Assembly: GCA_000708835.1 (NCBI GenBank)
Contig: DF237687.1
Location: 1 to 42,261, forward strand
Length of the DNA stretch: 42,261 nt
DNA from: Klebsormidium nitens
Taxonomy: Eukaryota; Plantae; Klebsormidiophyceae
Direction of reading: 5' to 3'
In this document: positions 19,411-28,126 of the stretch, piece after piece
Numbering within the stretch: the stretch's first letter is position 1
How the letters are laid out: the number at the start of each line of letters is the position of its first letter
The notes under the pieces: model-generated
What the model was told of the DNA's origin: nothing
What the model saw: the letters and a program-made list of their open reading frames with translations, nothing else
The model's database searches: none
Made by a program: the position numbers and the translations under genes

Positions 19411-20815
19411 CAGACTTGCGCATAAACACGCATGGCGAGCAATTTTCAAAAGTATCTGAAGATTTTGGAGGCCCCTTTTTTGACTATAGGGAGGGGGTAC
19501 GAATCCTCTGCTCCTCCGTGTTTATGCGCAATCATGAGGGGCATGGGTGATAGAGCACACAGTGCAAATACCGACTCAAGCCAAGCATACCGCCGAGAAC
19601 AAGATAAGATAGTGTAAGAGACAGCTGACTTGCGCATAAACACGGATGGCGAGCAATTTTCAAAAGTATCTGAAGATTTTGGACCCCCCTTTTTCGCTAT
19701 AGGGAGGGGGTACGAATCCTCTGTTCCTCCGTGTTTATGCGCAATCATGAGGGGCATGGGTGATAGAGCACACAGTGCAAACACCGGCTCAGACCAAACA
19801 TACCGCCAAGAACAAGATAAGACATTGTAAGAGACAGCTGACTTGCGCATGAACACGGATGGCGAGCAATTTTCAAAAGTATCTGAGGATTTTGGACCCC
19901 CCTTTTTCGCTATAGGGAGAGGGTACGAATCTCTCTGTTCCTCCGTGTTTATGCANNNNNNNNNNNNNNNNNNNNNNNNNNNNNNNNNNNNNNNNNNNNN
20001 NNNNNNNNNNNNNNNNNNNNNNNNNNNNNNNNNNNNNNNNNNNNNNNNNNNNNNNNNNNNNNNNNNNNNNNNNNNNNNNNNNNNNNNNNNNNNNNNNNNN
20101 NNNNNNNNNNNNNNNNNNNNNNNNNNNNNNNNNNNNNNNNNNNNNNNNNNNNNNNNNNNNNNNNNNNNNNNNNNNNNNNNNNNNNNNNNNNNNNNNNNNN
20201 NNNNNNNNNNNNNNNNNNNNNNNNNNNNNNNNNNNNNNNNNNNNNNNNNNNNNNNNNNNNNNNNNNNNNNNNNNNNNNNNNNNNNNNNNNNNNNNNNNNN
20301 NNNNNNNNNNNNNNNNNNNNNNNNNNNNNNNNNNNNNNNNNNNNNNNNNNNNNNNNNNNNNNNNNNNNNNNNNNNNNNNNNNNNNNNNNNNNNNNNNNNN
20401 NNNNNNNNNNNNNNNNNNNNNNNNNNNNNNNNNNNNNNNNNNNNNNNNNNNNNNNNNNNNNNNNNNNNNNNNNNNNNNNNNNNNNNNNNNNNNNNNNNNN
20501 NNNNNNNNNNNNNNNNNNNNNNNNNNNNNNNNNNNNNNNNNNNNNNNNNNNNNNNNNNNNNNNNNNNNNNNNNNNNNNNNNNNNNNNNNNNNNNNNNNNN
20601 NNNNNNNNNNNNNNNNNNNNNGCATACCGCCAAGAACAAGATAAGACATTGTAAGAGACAGCTGACTTGTGCATGAACACGGATGGCGAGCAATTTTCAA
20701 AAGTATCTGAAGATTTGAGAAGACCTTTTCTGACTATAGGGAGGGGGTACGAATCCTCTGTTCCTCCGTGTTTATGCGCAATCATGAGAGGCATGGGTGA
20801 TAGAGCACACAGTGC
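19411..20815. repeat. 213/214-bp tandem array; each unit carries a ~118-bp core bounded by 17-bp inverted repeats
   Basis: Unit starts at 19416, 19630, 19843 and, after the gap, 20667. TTGCGCATAAACACGGA pairs with TCCGTGTTTATGCGCAA. At least four units visible; the gap could hold about three more. Confidence 0.95.
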
Positions 20816-20985
20816 GAACACCGCAATGGCAGTGCACCGTTCGTGCATCGGTGCTTAGGGCGACAGATCAAGCCACAAGTAGCAACTTTCTGGCTAGTAT
20901 AGAGGCTGCTCTCAGGGAAGAGGCGGCCCCTGTGTCAACACTTAGGGCGATCGCTCCGGTCGAGATTGGCAACTCTGCTGGCGTC

Positions 20986-22881
20986 ATGGAAGGAGCTCTG
21001 ATTGATCGCGTCCTCGCACACCCGGCCGTTCAGGCCATTGACGTCAGCCAGCTGGAGGGTTGGCAAGACCTTGGGAGGGTATTCGTGAGGGCATTTAATG
21101 ACAAGGGCCAGCGCTACCCAATCGATTTTGACAACGCGTACGTTTGGCTGCAGTACGGAAGGAAGGACAGTGCTCTAAGGGCTCTGAAGTGTCGTCTTGG
21201 GGAAGTTACCGACTACATAATCATTCTTGGAAAGAACCAAGAATCCAAGTCAGAGAACCGAGGGCCGGCTCCGGACAAATACTACCTGACGATGGAGGCG
21301 TTTTTCATGTTTGCATTACGGGCTTCTGGGGAGAGGGGGGACATCGTCAGAAGATTCTTCATAGCCGTGAGGGAAGCATACTTTGAGACGATACAGGAGC
21401 TGGAGGACAACCCCAACACCCCTGCCCGTGTTACTCTGGACCGACACGAGAAGTTTGTGGACGGCCAACTCATGGAGTTGGGAAAAGAATGTTCCAAGGC
21501 CATCAGGGTAGAGGCCCAAGTGCGGGACAGGCTGGCTAGCAAGCTGGTGGGGGCTCGGACAGAGGTTCGCTGTGAGTACGGTATGATCGACATTCTGACA
21601 GACACAGAGGTGATCGAGGTGAAGGTGTATCACAAGTGGAAGCACGCTTTGGGACAGTGCCTATCATACGGTCTCAGCTTCTCAGACCGGCAGATCCGGA
21701 TACATCTCTTTGCAAACTTCAGCGATTGGGACGATGCTAACAAGCAGAGGGGTGCCATCCTTGAGATCTGCTCGAAGTTTGGCGTTAAAGTGACACTCGA
21801 GAGGCTCGAGGCGGCCCCTTCTGTGTCCACACTTAGGGCGATCAATCCAGCCGGAAATTGCAACTGCTCAGCCGACATGGAGGTAGCCCTTGCCGACCGC
21901 GTCCTCGCACACCCAGCCGTTCAGGCCATCGACGTCAGCCAGCTGGACGGCTGGGAAGAGCTGGGGAAGGTATTCGTAAAATGCTTTGATGAGAAGGGCC
22001 AGTGCTACCCGATCGATTTCGACGACGCATACGTGTGGTTGCAGTACGGGCGGAAGGACGGAGCTCTTCGAAGTATGAAGGCTCGTTGCACAGAAGGCGC
22101 GGATTACACATATGTCCCAGGGGGGGTCCAACGAGATGGGGAAGGGGTCTACGTCGCATTCCAACCGGACAAGTACTATCTCACTGTGGACGCCTTCGAG
22201 CGGTTTGCGATGGCAGCACAGACAGAGGCTGGCGAGCGAGTTCGAGCCTTCTTCAGGGCAATCAGGGACGCCTACTTGGAGCTCACTGCAAGCGGTCCAC
22301 AGCCCGCCATCATTTCGCCAGAGGATCCGCTGCTTCCCAAGAAGCAAGGCGTCTTGTTCAACGGCACCGAGGTCTTGCTTGCGAAGGAAAAGACCCGGCA
22401 GTTGGAGATCGAGGCAAACGCACGGGTGTGCATCGCTGAGATGGACCATGAGTACAGGATGGCCACTCTGAGCCCGAAGCCCCCTCGCAAGCGGAGTCGA
22501 ACCTCTGCAGGAGACCGCCAGGACGTTCAGGGGACTTCTGAGGACGTGCAGGAGCCCTCGGACCAGCAATTGGCGCCCCAGGCCCCGCATCCGCGCAGCA
22601 CGGCCGCTGTCGAGGCCGTCATCAAGCACTTTGTTGCCGAGCACTGCACTGTGGACTCCACGGAGATTGTGGCCTCGAGCTCCTTCCTCGAGAGGCTCGT
22701 CGCCACCATGTACGAGGGCCAGCGCGCTCCCTCCGCAAGGGCCGTGGGAGTTGTCATGCATAAGTTAGGCTACGAAGGGTGCGAGGTCAAGCAAGATGGC
22801 AAGAGATGCCGGGCCTTTTTCGGTCTGAAGCTCGCTCAAGCAGCAGCTACGCCGACCGAGCAGCGTGCAGACCTACCGTAG
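20986..22881 (+). CDS. Tandem MSV199/KilA-N-like DNA-binding protein with an internal PD-(D/E)XK-like domain and a C-terminal D5-type winged-helix-like domain
   Basis: Two copies of PIDFD-x-AYVWLQYGRKD-x-ALR...DY...DKYYLT-x2-AF; GMIDILTDTEVIEVK-x3-KWKHALGQ-x3-YG; C-terminal F-x2-EHC...S...G...G-x-R-x2-FGLKL. Open from 20797; first ATG 20986. Confidence 0.78.
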   Translation: MEGALIDRVLAHPAVQAIDVSQLEGWQDLGRVFVRAFNDKGQRYPIDFDNAYVWLQYGRKDSALRALKCRLGEVTDYIIILGKNQESKSENRGPAPDKYYLTMEAFFMFALRASGERGDIVRRFFIAVREAYFETIQELEDNPNTPARVTLDRHEKFVDGQLMELGKECSKAIRVEAQVRDRLASKLVGARTEVRCEYGMIDILTDTEVIEVKVYHKWKHALGQCLSYGLSFSDRQIRIHLFANFSDWDDANKQRGAILEICSKFGVKVTLERLEAAPSVSTLRAINPAGNCNCSADMEVALADRVLAHPAVQAIDVSQLDGWEELGKVFVKCFDEKGQCYPIDFDDAYVWLQYGRKDGALRSMKARCTEGADYTYVPGGVQRDGEGVYVAFQPDKYYLTVDAFERFAMAAQTEAGERVRAFFRAIRDAYLELTASGPQPAIISPEDPLLPKKQGVLFNGTEVLLAKEKTRQLEIEANARVCIAEMDHEYRMATLSPKPPRKRSRTSAGDRQDVQGTSEDVQEPSDQQLAPQAPHPRSTAAVEAVIKHFVAEHCTVDSTEIVASSSFLERLVATMYEGQRAPSARAVGVVMHKLGYEGCEVKQDGKRCRAFFGLKLAQAAATPTEQRADLP

Positions 22882-23631
22882 CCGCCTCACGCTGGCGTCC
22901 ATGTTGGCAGTCCACGGCTGCCGCGTGAAGGGGTGTCTCCTGCCGGTCCGTCCGTTGCGGACGCTTCGTATAGCATTCTCGTGGTAGATCCTGGGGACCG
23001 TCCCATTACGCCGCAATTCGCTCTCCAGGTACCGATACTTTGCGAGGTTGATGTTTGCTGACCTGTTGACCTCAGTCCAGTTGGAGTTGATAAAGGCGGT
23101 ATTGTTTGCAATAACCCCTGCGTTGCCCAGAGGGTCTCTTACGTTTCCCTGAGGGGCGTTCCGAGCGTTCACAGAGCCTGGATTCTGTGGATCGAATATG
23201 ATCCGACCCGGGCGCGGTCTCCCTTCTGCGAGCCGTCTGCTCCATTCTTCATACTCTTCTCCCCTATACCACATGACCTTAGGAGCCAGCCCGCGGTTGA
23301 AGGACATCTCAAGGATGTCACCAGCAATGTTCACCGGTTGATAGTCATGTGTGTACATGCCGACCCACGCGTCACCAACATAATGTGAACCATCACCATA
23401 GTAACCAGGCACAGGGACCCCATCAACACAGGTTGCAATCCTCAGCCCCCGCTCTTCATTATCGTAGACAATGGATACGGTTGGCGAGCCGGGCTCATCC
23501 CACGTTACCAGGAGCATGCATTCAGCTTCATTTGCCCCCCATCGGACTCGCCTCAGAGCTGTCAGAAGGCGTGGTTTCAAGGTTCTCTCCAGGTCTTCTG
23601 CTTGCGCATTAGTCATTCTTGGCACTTCCAT
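22873..23631 (-). CDS. Hypothetical protein with a degenerate U-box/RING-like C-terminus
   Basis: RIYHENAIRSV...RHPFTRQPW resembles the Y-x3-AI...PFTR-x-P end of U-box folds; Asn-rich linker; overlaps the convergent gene by 9 nt. Confidence 0.5.
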   Translation of the reverse strand: MEVPRMTNAQAEDLERTLKPRLLTALRRVRWGANEAECMLLVTWDEPGSPTVSIVYDNEERGLRIATCVDGVPVPGYYGDGSHYVGDAWVGMYTHDYQPVNIAGDILEMSFNRGLAPKVMWYRGEEYEEWSRRLAEGRPRPGRIIFDPQNPGSVNARNAPQGNVRDPLGNAGVIANNTAFINSNWTEVNRSANINLAKYRYLESELRRNGTVPRIYHENAIRSVRNGRTGRRHPFTRQPWTANMDASVRRLR

Positions 23632-23673
23632 TGCTTCCTAATGCTACTCAAGAAAAGAAGGCAGAGATTGTAG

Positions 23674-25821
23674 TCATGAGCCATCCCACGTTTGGAAGCA
23701 CCTAAACTCGTTCTCAGCAGCAACCTCCCTCACAAGTTGCTCAAAGGGCCCGTTAAGCCGGTCCTTCCGGATGCAGATGTCCCGCATGAACGTGTCGCCA
23801 GAATCTCGAGGGAACTCGGCACGCCTGCCGAGCTCTGGATTGTTGCTGGCTCCAGGCATCACGCACAGATACCTAAAGACATCGACATGTTGCTCGTTCT
23901 GGGGCAGATGAGTGTGGCTTTTGAAGCGCGCAGCCCGTGCAATTGCCTGATTCTCGCTCGTAGAATTCCATTGCGGCTCGAGCATGTGGAAGTAGCGCGT
24001 GCCTTTGAGATTAAGACCTTCGCCACCTGCCTCTGAAAGTATGAGAACGTGCAGATCGTCATTGTTGAAAGCTTCGATTGCATCAGTCCGTTGCTTCAGT
24101 GACTTTGTGCCAATAATCTCACCGAAAGGGATGTTTTCGGCTGCCAGCAGCATCCTCAGGGTGCCCACTCCGTGCATGTTCACCGAGTGCGTGAAAAAGA
24201 CTGTTTTGCACCGCCGCCAGGTGTCATCGTCGGGGGACGGCCCCAAACGGCTCACGAGGTGCCTTACAGCAAGCTTCAGCTTCGGACACACAATCTGCAT
24301 GTTGCCTCCCGCGTGATTCGCAGCCGCTACGCCGGCAGCCAATTCAATGCCCGCCACGTCTGGCGGTGAGACCAGGACACCATCCCGGTAGACAAGGCTG
24401 TTACAAATGGCGCGGGCGGTGTCATAAAATCGCATCAGCTCGGGGTCTGGCTCTCCCGTGAGGTCTGCATCATAGTATGATTGAGGGGGCTCACCGTGAG
24501 CCTCTTGGGCCATCACCTGGGAAGGGGTCATCCTCACGATTGTGTCCCGGATAGTCATCCTCGGGTACCGCAGGTCATCGGCTGGCGATCTGTATGCCAA
24601 GACTGCGCAACTCAAAGCGGCCCTCATGAGGGCTCGCTGCGCCATGCCATCATTTCCAAAGACCGTGTTGAACCCCTTTCGGCTCGTGGGCATGCATCCT
24701 GGCTTGATCATGTCGAGGATTGGAGCAATATCGCTGGGTTGATTTACAACGGGTGTACCGCTGAGCAGCACAATCTTGCCAGCTGCACGCCCGCCCACCG
24801 CAATACGGTCTGAGCGCTGTTTCCCCGAGTTACGTGCATTGTGAACCTCATCAATCACGAGGATTGCATCCCTGCAAAAGGCCTTGATGTGTTCTTGAGG
24901 CATCTTGTCAAACGAGTTGTGAGTTCCGAGATGGATCTCACCCACGTTGGCAATCGGTGCATACCGCTGCATCTCACTCTCCCAAGTGTCCAGCATCGAG
25001 GCAGGTGCCAGGATGACGGTCCGGCCATACTTACCCGGAAATTGTCGCCTAAGGTTGTCGATGCAAGCGATCGCAGTCAGTGTCTTCCCGGCTCCCATCG
25101 AGTAGAGCAGGAGCGCACCCCTGACATGAGGTTGCAACAGCAGGCAGACGGCCTGAATTTGATGACGGTGGAGCCTCCACGGAGGGCCGGGCTGTTCAGC
25201 AGCCTCCAGGTTCACATTAGCTGCAACCGGCCCATATATCGCCCTAACATTCCGGAGGCCCGTGCAAGCAATCTCGTTCTCCATGTTTGCTTGCGTCGGG
25301 GCTTGCAAGGCGGAGTTGTTGGCAGCTTTCGAACGCCTGTACTTGGGTTCGAGATGCGGCCCAGGGCCAGGCTCCCGGTGCTCAGGACGTATCGGTGTTC
25401 TCCCTGTGGCATAGTTCATGTACCGTTGGATCAGCTCCAGTTGTTCGTTGTCCCGCTTTCGTTTTCTGGACCGCGCTGTTTTGTTGTTGGGGTTGTTGTT
25501 CTGCCTTGACGGCCCCGCACCTCGAGCGTTTGCTTGACGGTGGAAGAAGCCAGACGCCAATCTTTTTTGAAAGTTTGCTTCAGACATGGCGTTTCCTGCT
25601 CGCTGATTGGGGCTGTGAGTCCGTCTCGAGGGCCCCGCACCTCGTGCGTTCTCCTGACGGTGGAAAAAGCCAGATTCCAACCTTCTCTGCAGGTTTGCAT
25701 CAGACATGGCGTTTCGGGCGTATGCTTCTCGCCACGGTGTCTCATCAATCGAGGCTTCATCAGCTTCACTATTGCTGTTGAGCACGATGACTTCCTTTCC
25801 TTTTCTTTGACGATTGGACAT
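23674..25821 (-). CDS. NCLDV D6/D11 (VETF small subunit / NPH-I)-like SF2 helicase
   Basis: HQ motif, YSMGAGKT (I), APAS (Ia), IDEVHN (II), LSGTP (III), EAGGEGLNLKG (V), EPQWN...QAIARAARFKSH-x2-LP (VI); intronless. Confidence 0.9.
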   Translation of the reverse strand: MSNRQRKGKEVIVLNSNSEADEASIDETPWREAYARNAMSDANLQRRLESGFFHRQENARGAGPSRRTHSPNQRAGNAMSEANFQKRLASGFFHRQANARGAGPSRQNNNPNNKTARSRKRKRDNEQLELIQRYMNYATGRTPIRPEHREPGPGPHLEPKYRRSKAANNSALQAPTQANMENEIACTGLRNVRAIYGPVAANVNLEAAEQPGPPWRLHRHQIQAVCLLLQPHVRGALLLYSMGAGKTLTAIACIDNLRRQFPGKYGRTVILAPASMLDTWESEMQRYAPIANVGEIHLGTHNSFDKMPQEHIKAFCRDAILVIDEVHNARNSGKQRSDRIAVGGRAAGKIVLLSGTPVVNQPSDIAPILDMIKPGCMPTSRKGFNTVFGNDGMAQRALMRAALSCAVLAYRSPADDLRYPRMTIRDTIVRMTPSQVMAQEAHGEPPQSYYDADLTGEPDPELMRFYDTARAICNSLVYRDGVLVSPPDVAGIELAAGVAAANHAGGNMQIVCPKLKLAVRHLVSRLGPSPDDDTWRRCKTVFFTHSVNMHGVGTLRMLLAAENIPFGEIIGTKSLKQRTDAIEAFNNDDLHVLILSEAGGEGLNLKGTRYFHMLEPQWNSTSENQAIARAARFKSHTHLPQNEQHVDVFRYLCVMPGASNNPELGRRAEFPRDSGDTFMRDICIRKDRLNGPFEQLVREVAAENEFRCFQTWDGS

Positions 25822-25857
25822 CTTTAAAAAAGACACACAAATTCTCATAGCTTAGAG

Positions 25858-25977
25858 GCTTGCGCAGATGCGCGGATGAGCAGGTGATGTCAACCCCCCT
25901 ACTATAGTGAAAAAGAGGGGATCACAGATTTTGTAATACTTTTGAAAGTTGCGCTCCATCTGTGTATGTGCGTAAGC
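25858..25977 (+). repeat. Solo copy of the IR-bounded element, 36 bp upstream of the helicase start codon
   Basis: GCTTGCGCA...TGCGTAAGC ends; CAACCCCCCTACTATAGTGAAAAAGAGGGG...ACTTTTGAAAGTTGCGCTCCATC core. Confidence 0.85.
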
Positions 25978-26114
25978 TTGTCATACATTACAACATTGCA
26001 TTATTGCACAGGAGTAAACCCGTGCATAAACCCGTGCAGAAACACCAAACTGAGAGTATGGGTATGAGAGTAGGGTAGTATGCCTGTGGCAGTCTCTGTT
26101 ATTGTTACACGCAC

Positions 26115-26405
26115 TTACAATTTAGCTTGTAAACTACTTGCCGAACTGAAATCAACGTGGCAGGAAGTCTCTGCCATTGCTACGGGGTTGGGGTTCTTGC
26201 GTGTTATATATTTCTCTCTCAAACTTTCTTCCTGTTCTTTCATACCTTCCCCCACCCGTTTCCAGTACCGGACACACTCTTCGTCTCTGCACATACGCGG
26301 GTGGACCTCGATACATTGTTGCAACGTAAAACCACCATCCCTGCGAAACCACCAAAATTCCAGGAATCTTTTGGCATCGCGGCGGGGGAACAAATATTTA
26401 AACAT
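26115..26405 (-). CDS. Hypothetical protein, possibly with an upstream exon
   Basis: MFKYLFPRRDAKRFLEFWW...EEQEESLREK-like helical ORF, preceded by a TTGCAG acceptor-like site. Confidence 0.35.
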   Translation of the reverse strand: MFKYLFPRRDAKRFLEFWWFRRDGGFTLQQCIEVHPRMCRDEECVRYWKRVGEGMKEQEESLREKYITRKNPNPVAMAETSCHVDFSSASSLQAKL

Positions 26406-27343
26406 ACACCTGCAAGCCCAGAGTAAGTGGATCAGAAACCAACATTGAGAGGGGCATTGGTGGGACAAAGGAGGGCCATTGACAGACCAGCATATGAAAG
26501 GTGGCACCTTGATGAACTTTGGATGAATGCGGCAATATTCCAGGAAATGAGCTTCTGCTTCAAGTCAGAAATGAGACGAAGCTTGCACCCATCGGTTTTG
26601 CAAGAGCTTACGTGTCCATGCAGTGAGGTCGGTTGCATAATACCCCGCTCAGCTGAGTGAATCGTTGAGACAGATCATGCCCCCCCCCCCCCAGCCGAGA
26701 GGATGACCAGTCCAATTATCTGCAATTGAAATCTCAAACAGGTGACTCTTATACAAGAGAGGGATACCCAAGCGGAAGCGAACTTAGGCAACCTAGGCTC
26801 GTGCCAAATTGGAGTCTAAAAGAATGGCCGTAAAGGTGAGTCCTGCTGCTAGTCAACGGCTCAGTCTTGAACGAAGAGTCTTGAAGGTTATACATTTGGT
26901 CGTCAGAATGCCGTTGATAGCAAAACATCGATGGCTTAGAGGGACCGTCGCCCGGATAATCGTGACACGTCGGCCAAAGGCAGGATGTTGAGATCTGTGA
27001 CACGTCACGTCTGACCTGGACAAGTGTCAACTAACTTCGTTCTTAAACAGGTCCCGAATGGTAATGACGAGATCGACGGCTCAGATTTTACTTCCTTGGA
27101 GGTCCTAGGTCGAAAGGGTTCAGTCTTGGTCGCGCAGAGCTGCGAGCAGAGCTGTCTGGGCATCTCACGCGGCATAGCTTCACATCCACCTTGTTCCGGA
27201 TTGGAGGCATCTGAGGAGTAAATATAACTGTAGGAGTCTCTTCCAATGAAAGTTGGTGAGCAGATCTCAACCAATCGAGTAACTTATCGATATCGAAATT
27301 ACTAATCTCATAAACTGCTACGCGTGATAGTCTTCGTTTTTAT

Positions 27344-27700
27344 ATGCCCCTAAATGTCATGGCGACCCAAGTTATCCCCTTACAAAGAGTGTTTGCAATG
27401 CACAGTGGCACGATGTGCCCCCCAAAGTCGCCTACTCCACAGCATATGATCGGCCGTTTTTGTATCAAGGTGACCACAGACCTTATTGATAGCACTGGAT
27501 TGCGACGCATGACATTCAAGGGGTATGGGCCTGATGAGGCTTTCATCAAGCAAAAGACGGTAGCCGCTCGTGACAGGCACAAGCGGGAGGAAGACTCTGT
27601 GACGGAGCCGTTGATAACGACAATTGGTGTGTGTGATCTTTGTGACAACCGTATTGAAGTGCACAACATCAAATCCAGATCATGCTACCATCTGCTATAA
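27344..27700 (+). CDS. Hypothetical protein with a C-terminal CxxC
   Basis: ATG ORF of 118 aa, convergent with the next gene (19-bp gap); CDLC motif. Confidence 0.45.
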   Translation: MPLNVMATQVIPLQRVFAMHSGTMCPPKSPTPQHMIGRFCIKVTTDLIDSTGLRRMTFKGYGPDEAFIKQKTVAARDRHKREEDSVTEPLITTIGVCDLCDNRIEVHNIKSRSCYHLL

Positions 27701-27719
27701 GGTCTTGCGTGAGTACAAG

Positions 27720-28100
27720 TCAGTGAACCTCATTGAGATCCTCATCAACGGCAGAACCATAACGGCTTAACAGATCATCCTTCATGCTCTCAAAGCTTTG
27801 CCAAGCAGCGAAGCCTCCTTTGGCCCTTCGTTTCTCGAGGATCCTTTGTAACACAAGGTTCTGCATGGCGGCCTTTTCTCTCTCATTCGAGGGAACCTCT
27901 TCAGCTCGCAAGCCTGCTGCTGCTGGGTTGCTGGCAATCTCCGAGACCTCTGCAGCAATGACATTCTCGACAGCTAGGCAGGTCATGATCCGCTCCTTGC
28001 GCGCTTCCTCCATTGCTTCCCAGAGGGCCTCTGCCATCTCCAGTGCAAGGAGCTGCTGTGGGGGGCTCAGGTCCTCCGTGGTCCGGAACTCGGTGTCCAT
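27720..28100 (-). CDS. Hypothetical alpha-helical acidic protein
   Basis: 126-aa ATG ORF, E/A/L-rich helical pattern; divergent from the kinase gene. Confidence 0.55.
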   Translation of the reverse strand: MDTEFRTTEDLSPPQQLLALEMAEALWEAMEEARKERIMTCLAVENVIAAEVSEIASNPAAAGLRAEEVPSNEREKAAMQNLVLQRILEKRRAKGGFAAWQSFESMKDDLLSRYGSAVDEDLNEVH

Positions 28101-28126
28101 TCGGTGACTGGAGCAGTAAAATAAAG

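Noticed and set aside
19446-20693. 415-aa minus-strand ORF and other ORFs over the array
   Set aside because: By-product of a period divisible by three plus N-run read-through; no credible start or domain. Coding is not excluded but unsupported.
19411-20815. CRISPR-like array
   Set aside because: Units are near-identical along their whole 213 bp with no unique spacers, and no cas genes are present.
26660-27300. Small Cys/His-containing spliced gene and poly-C tract
   Set aside because: Competing frames and splice options with no consistent model.
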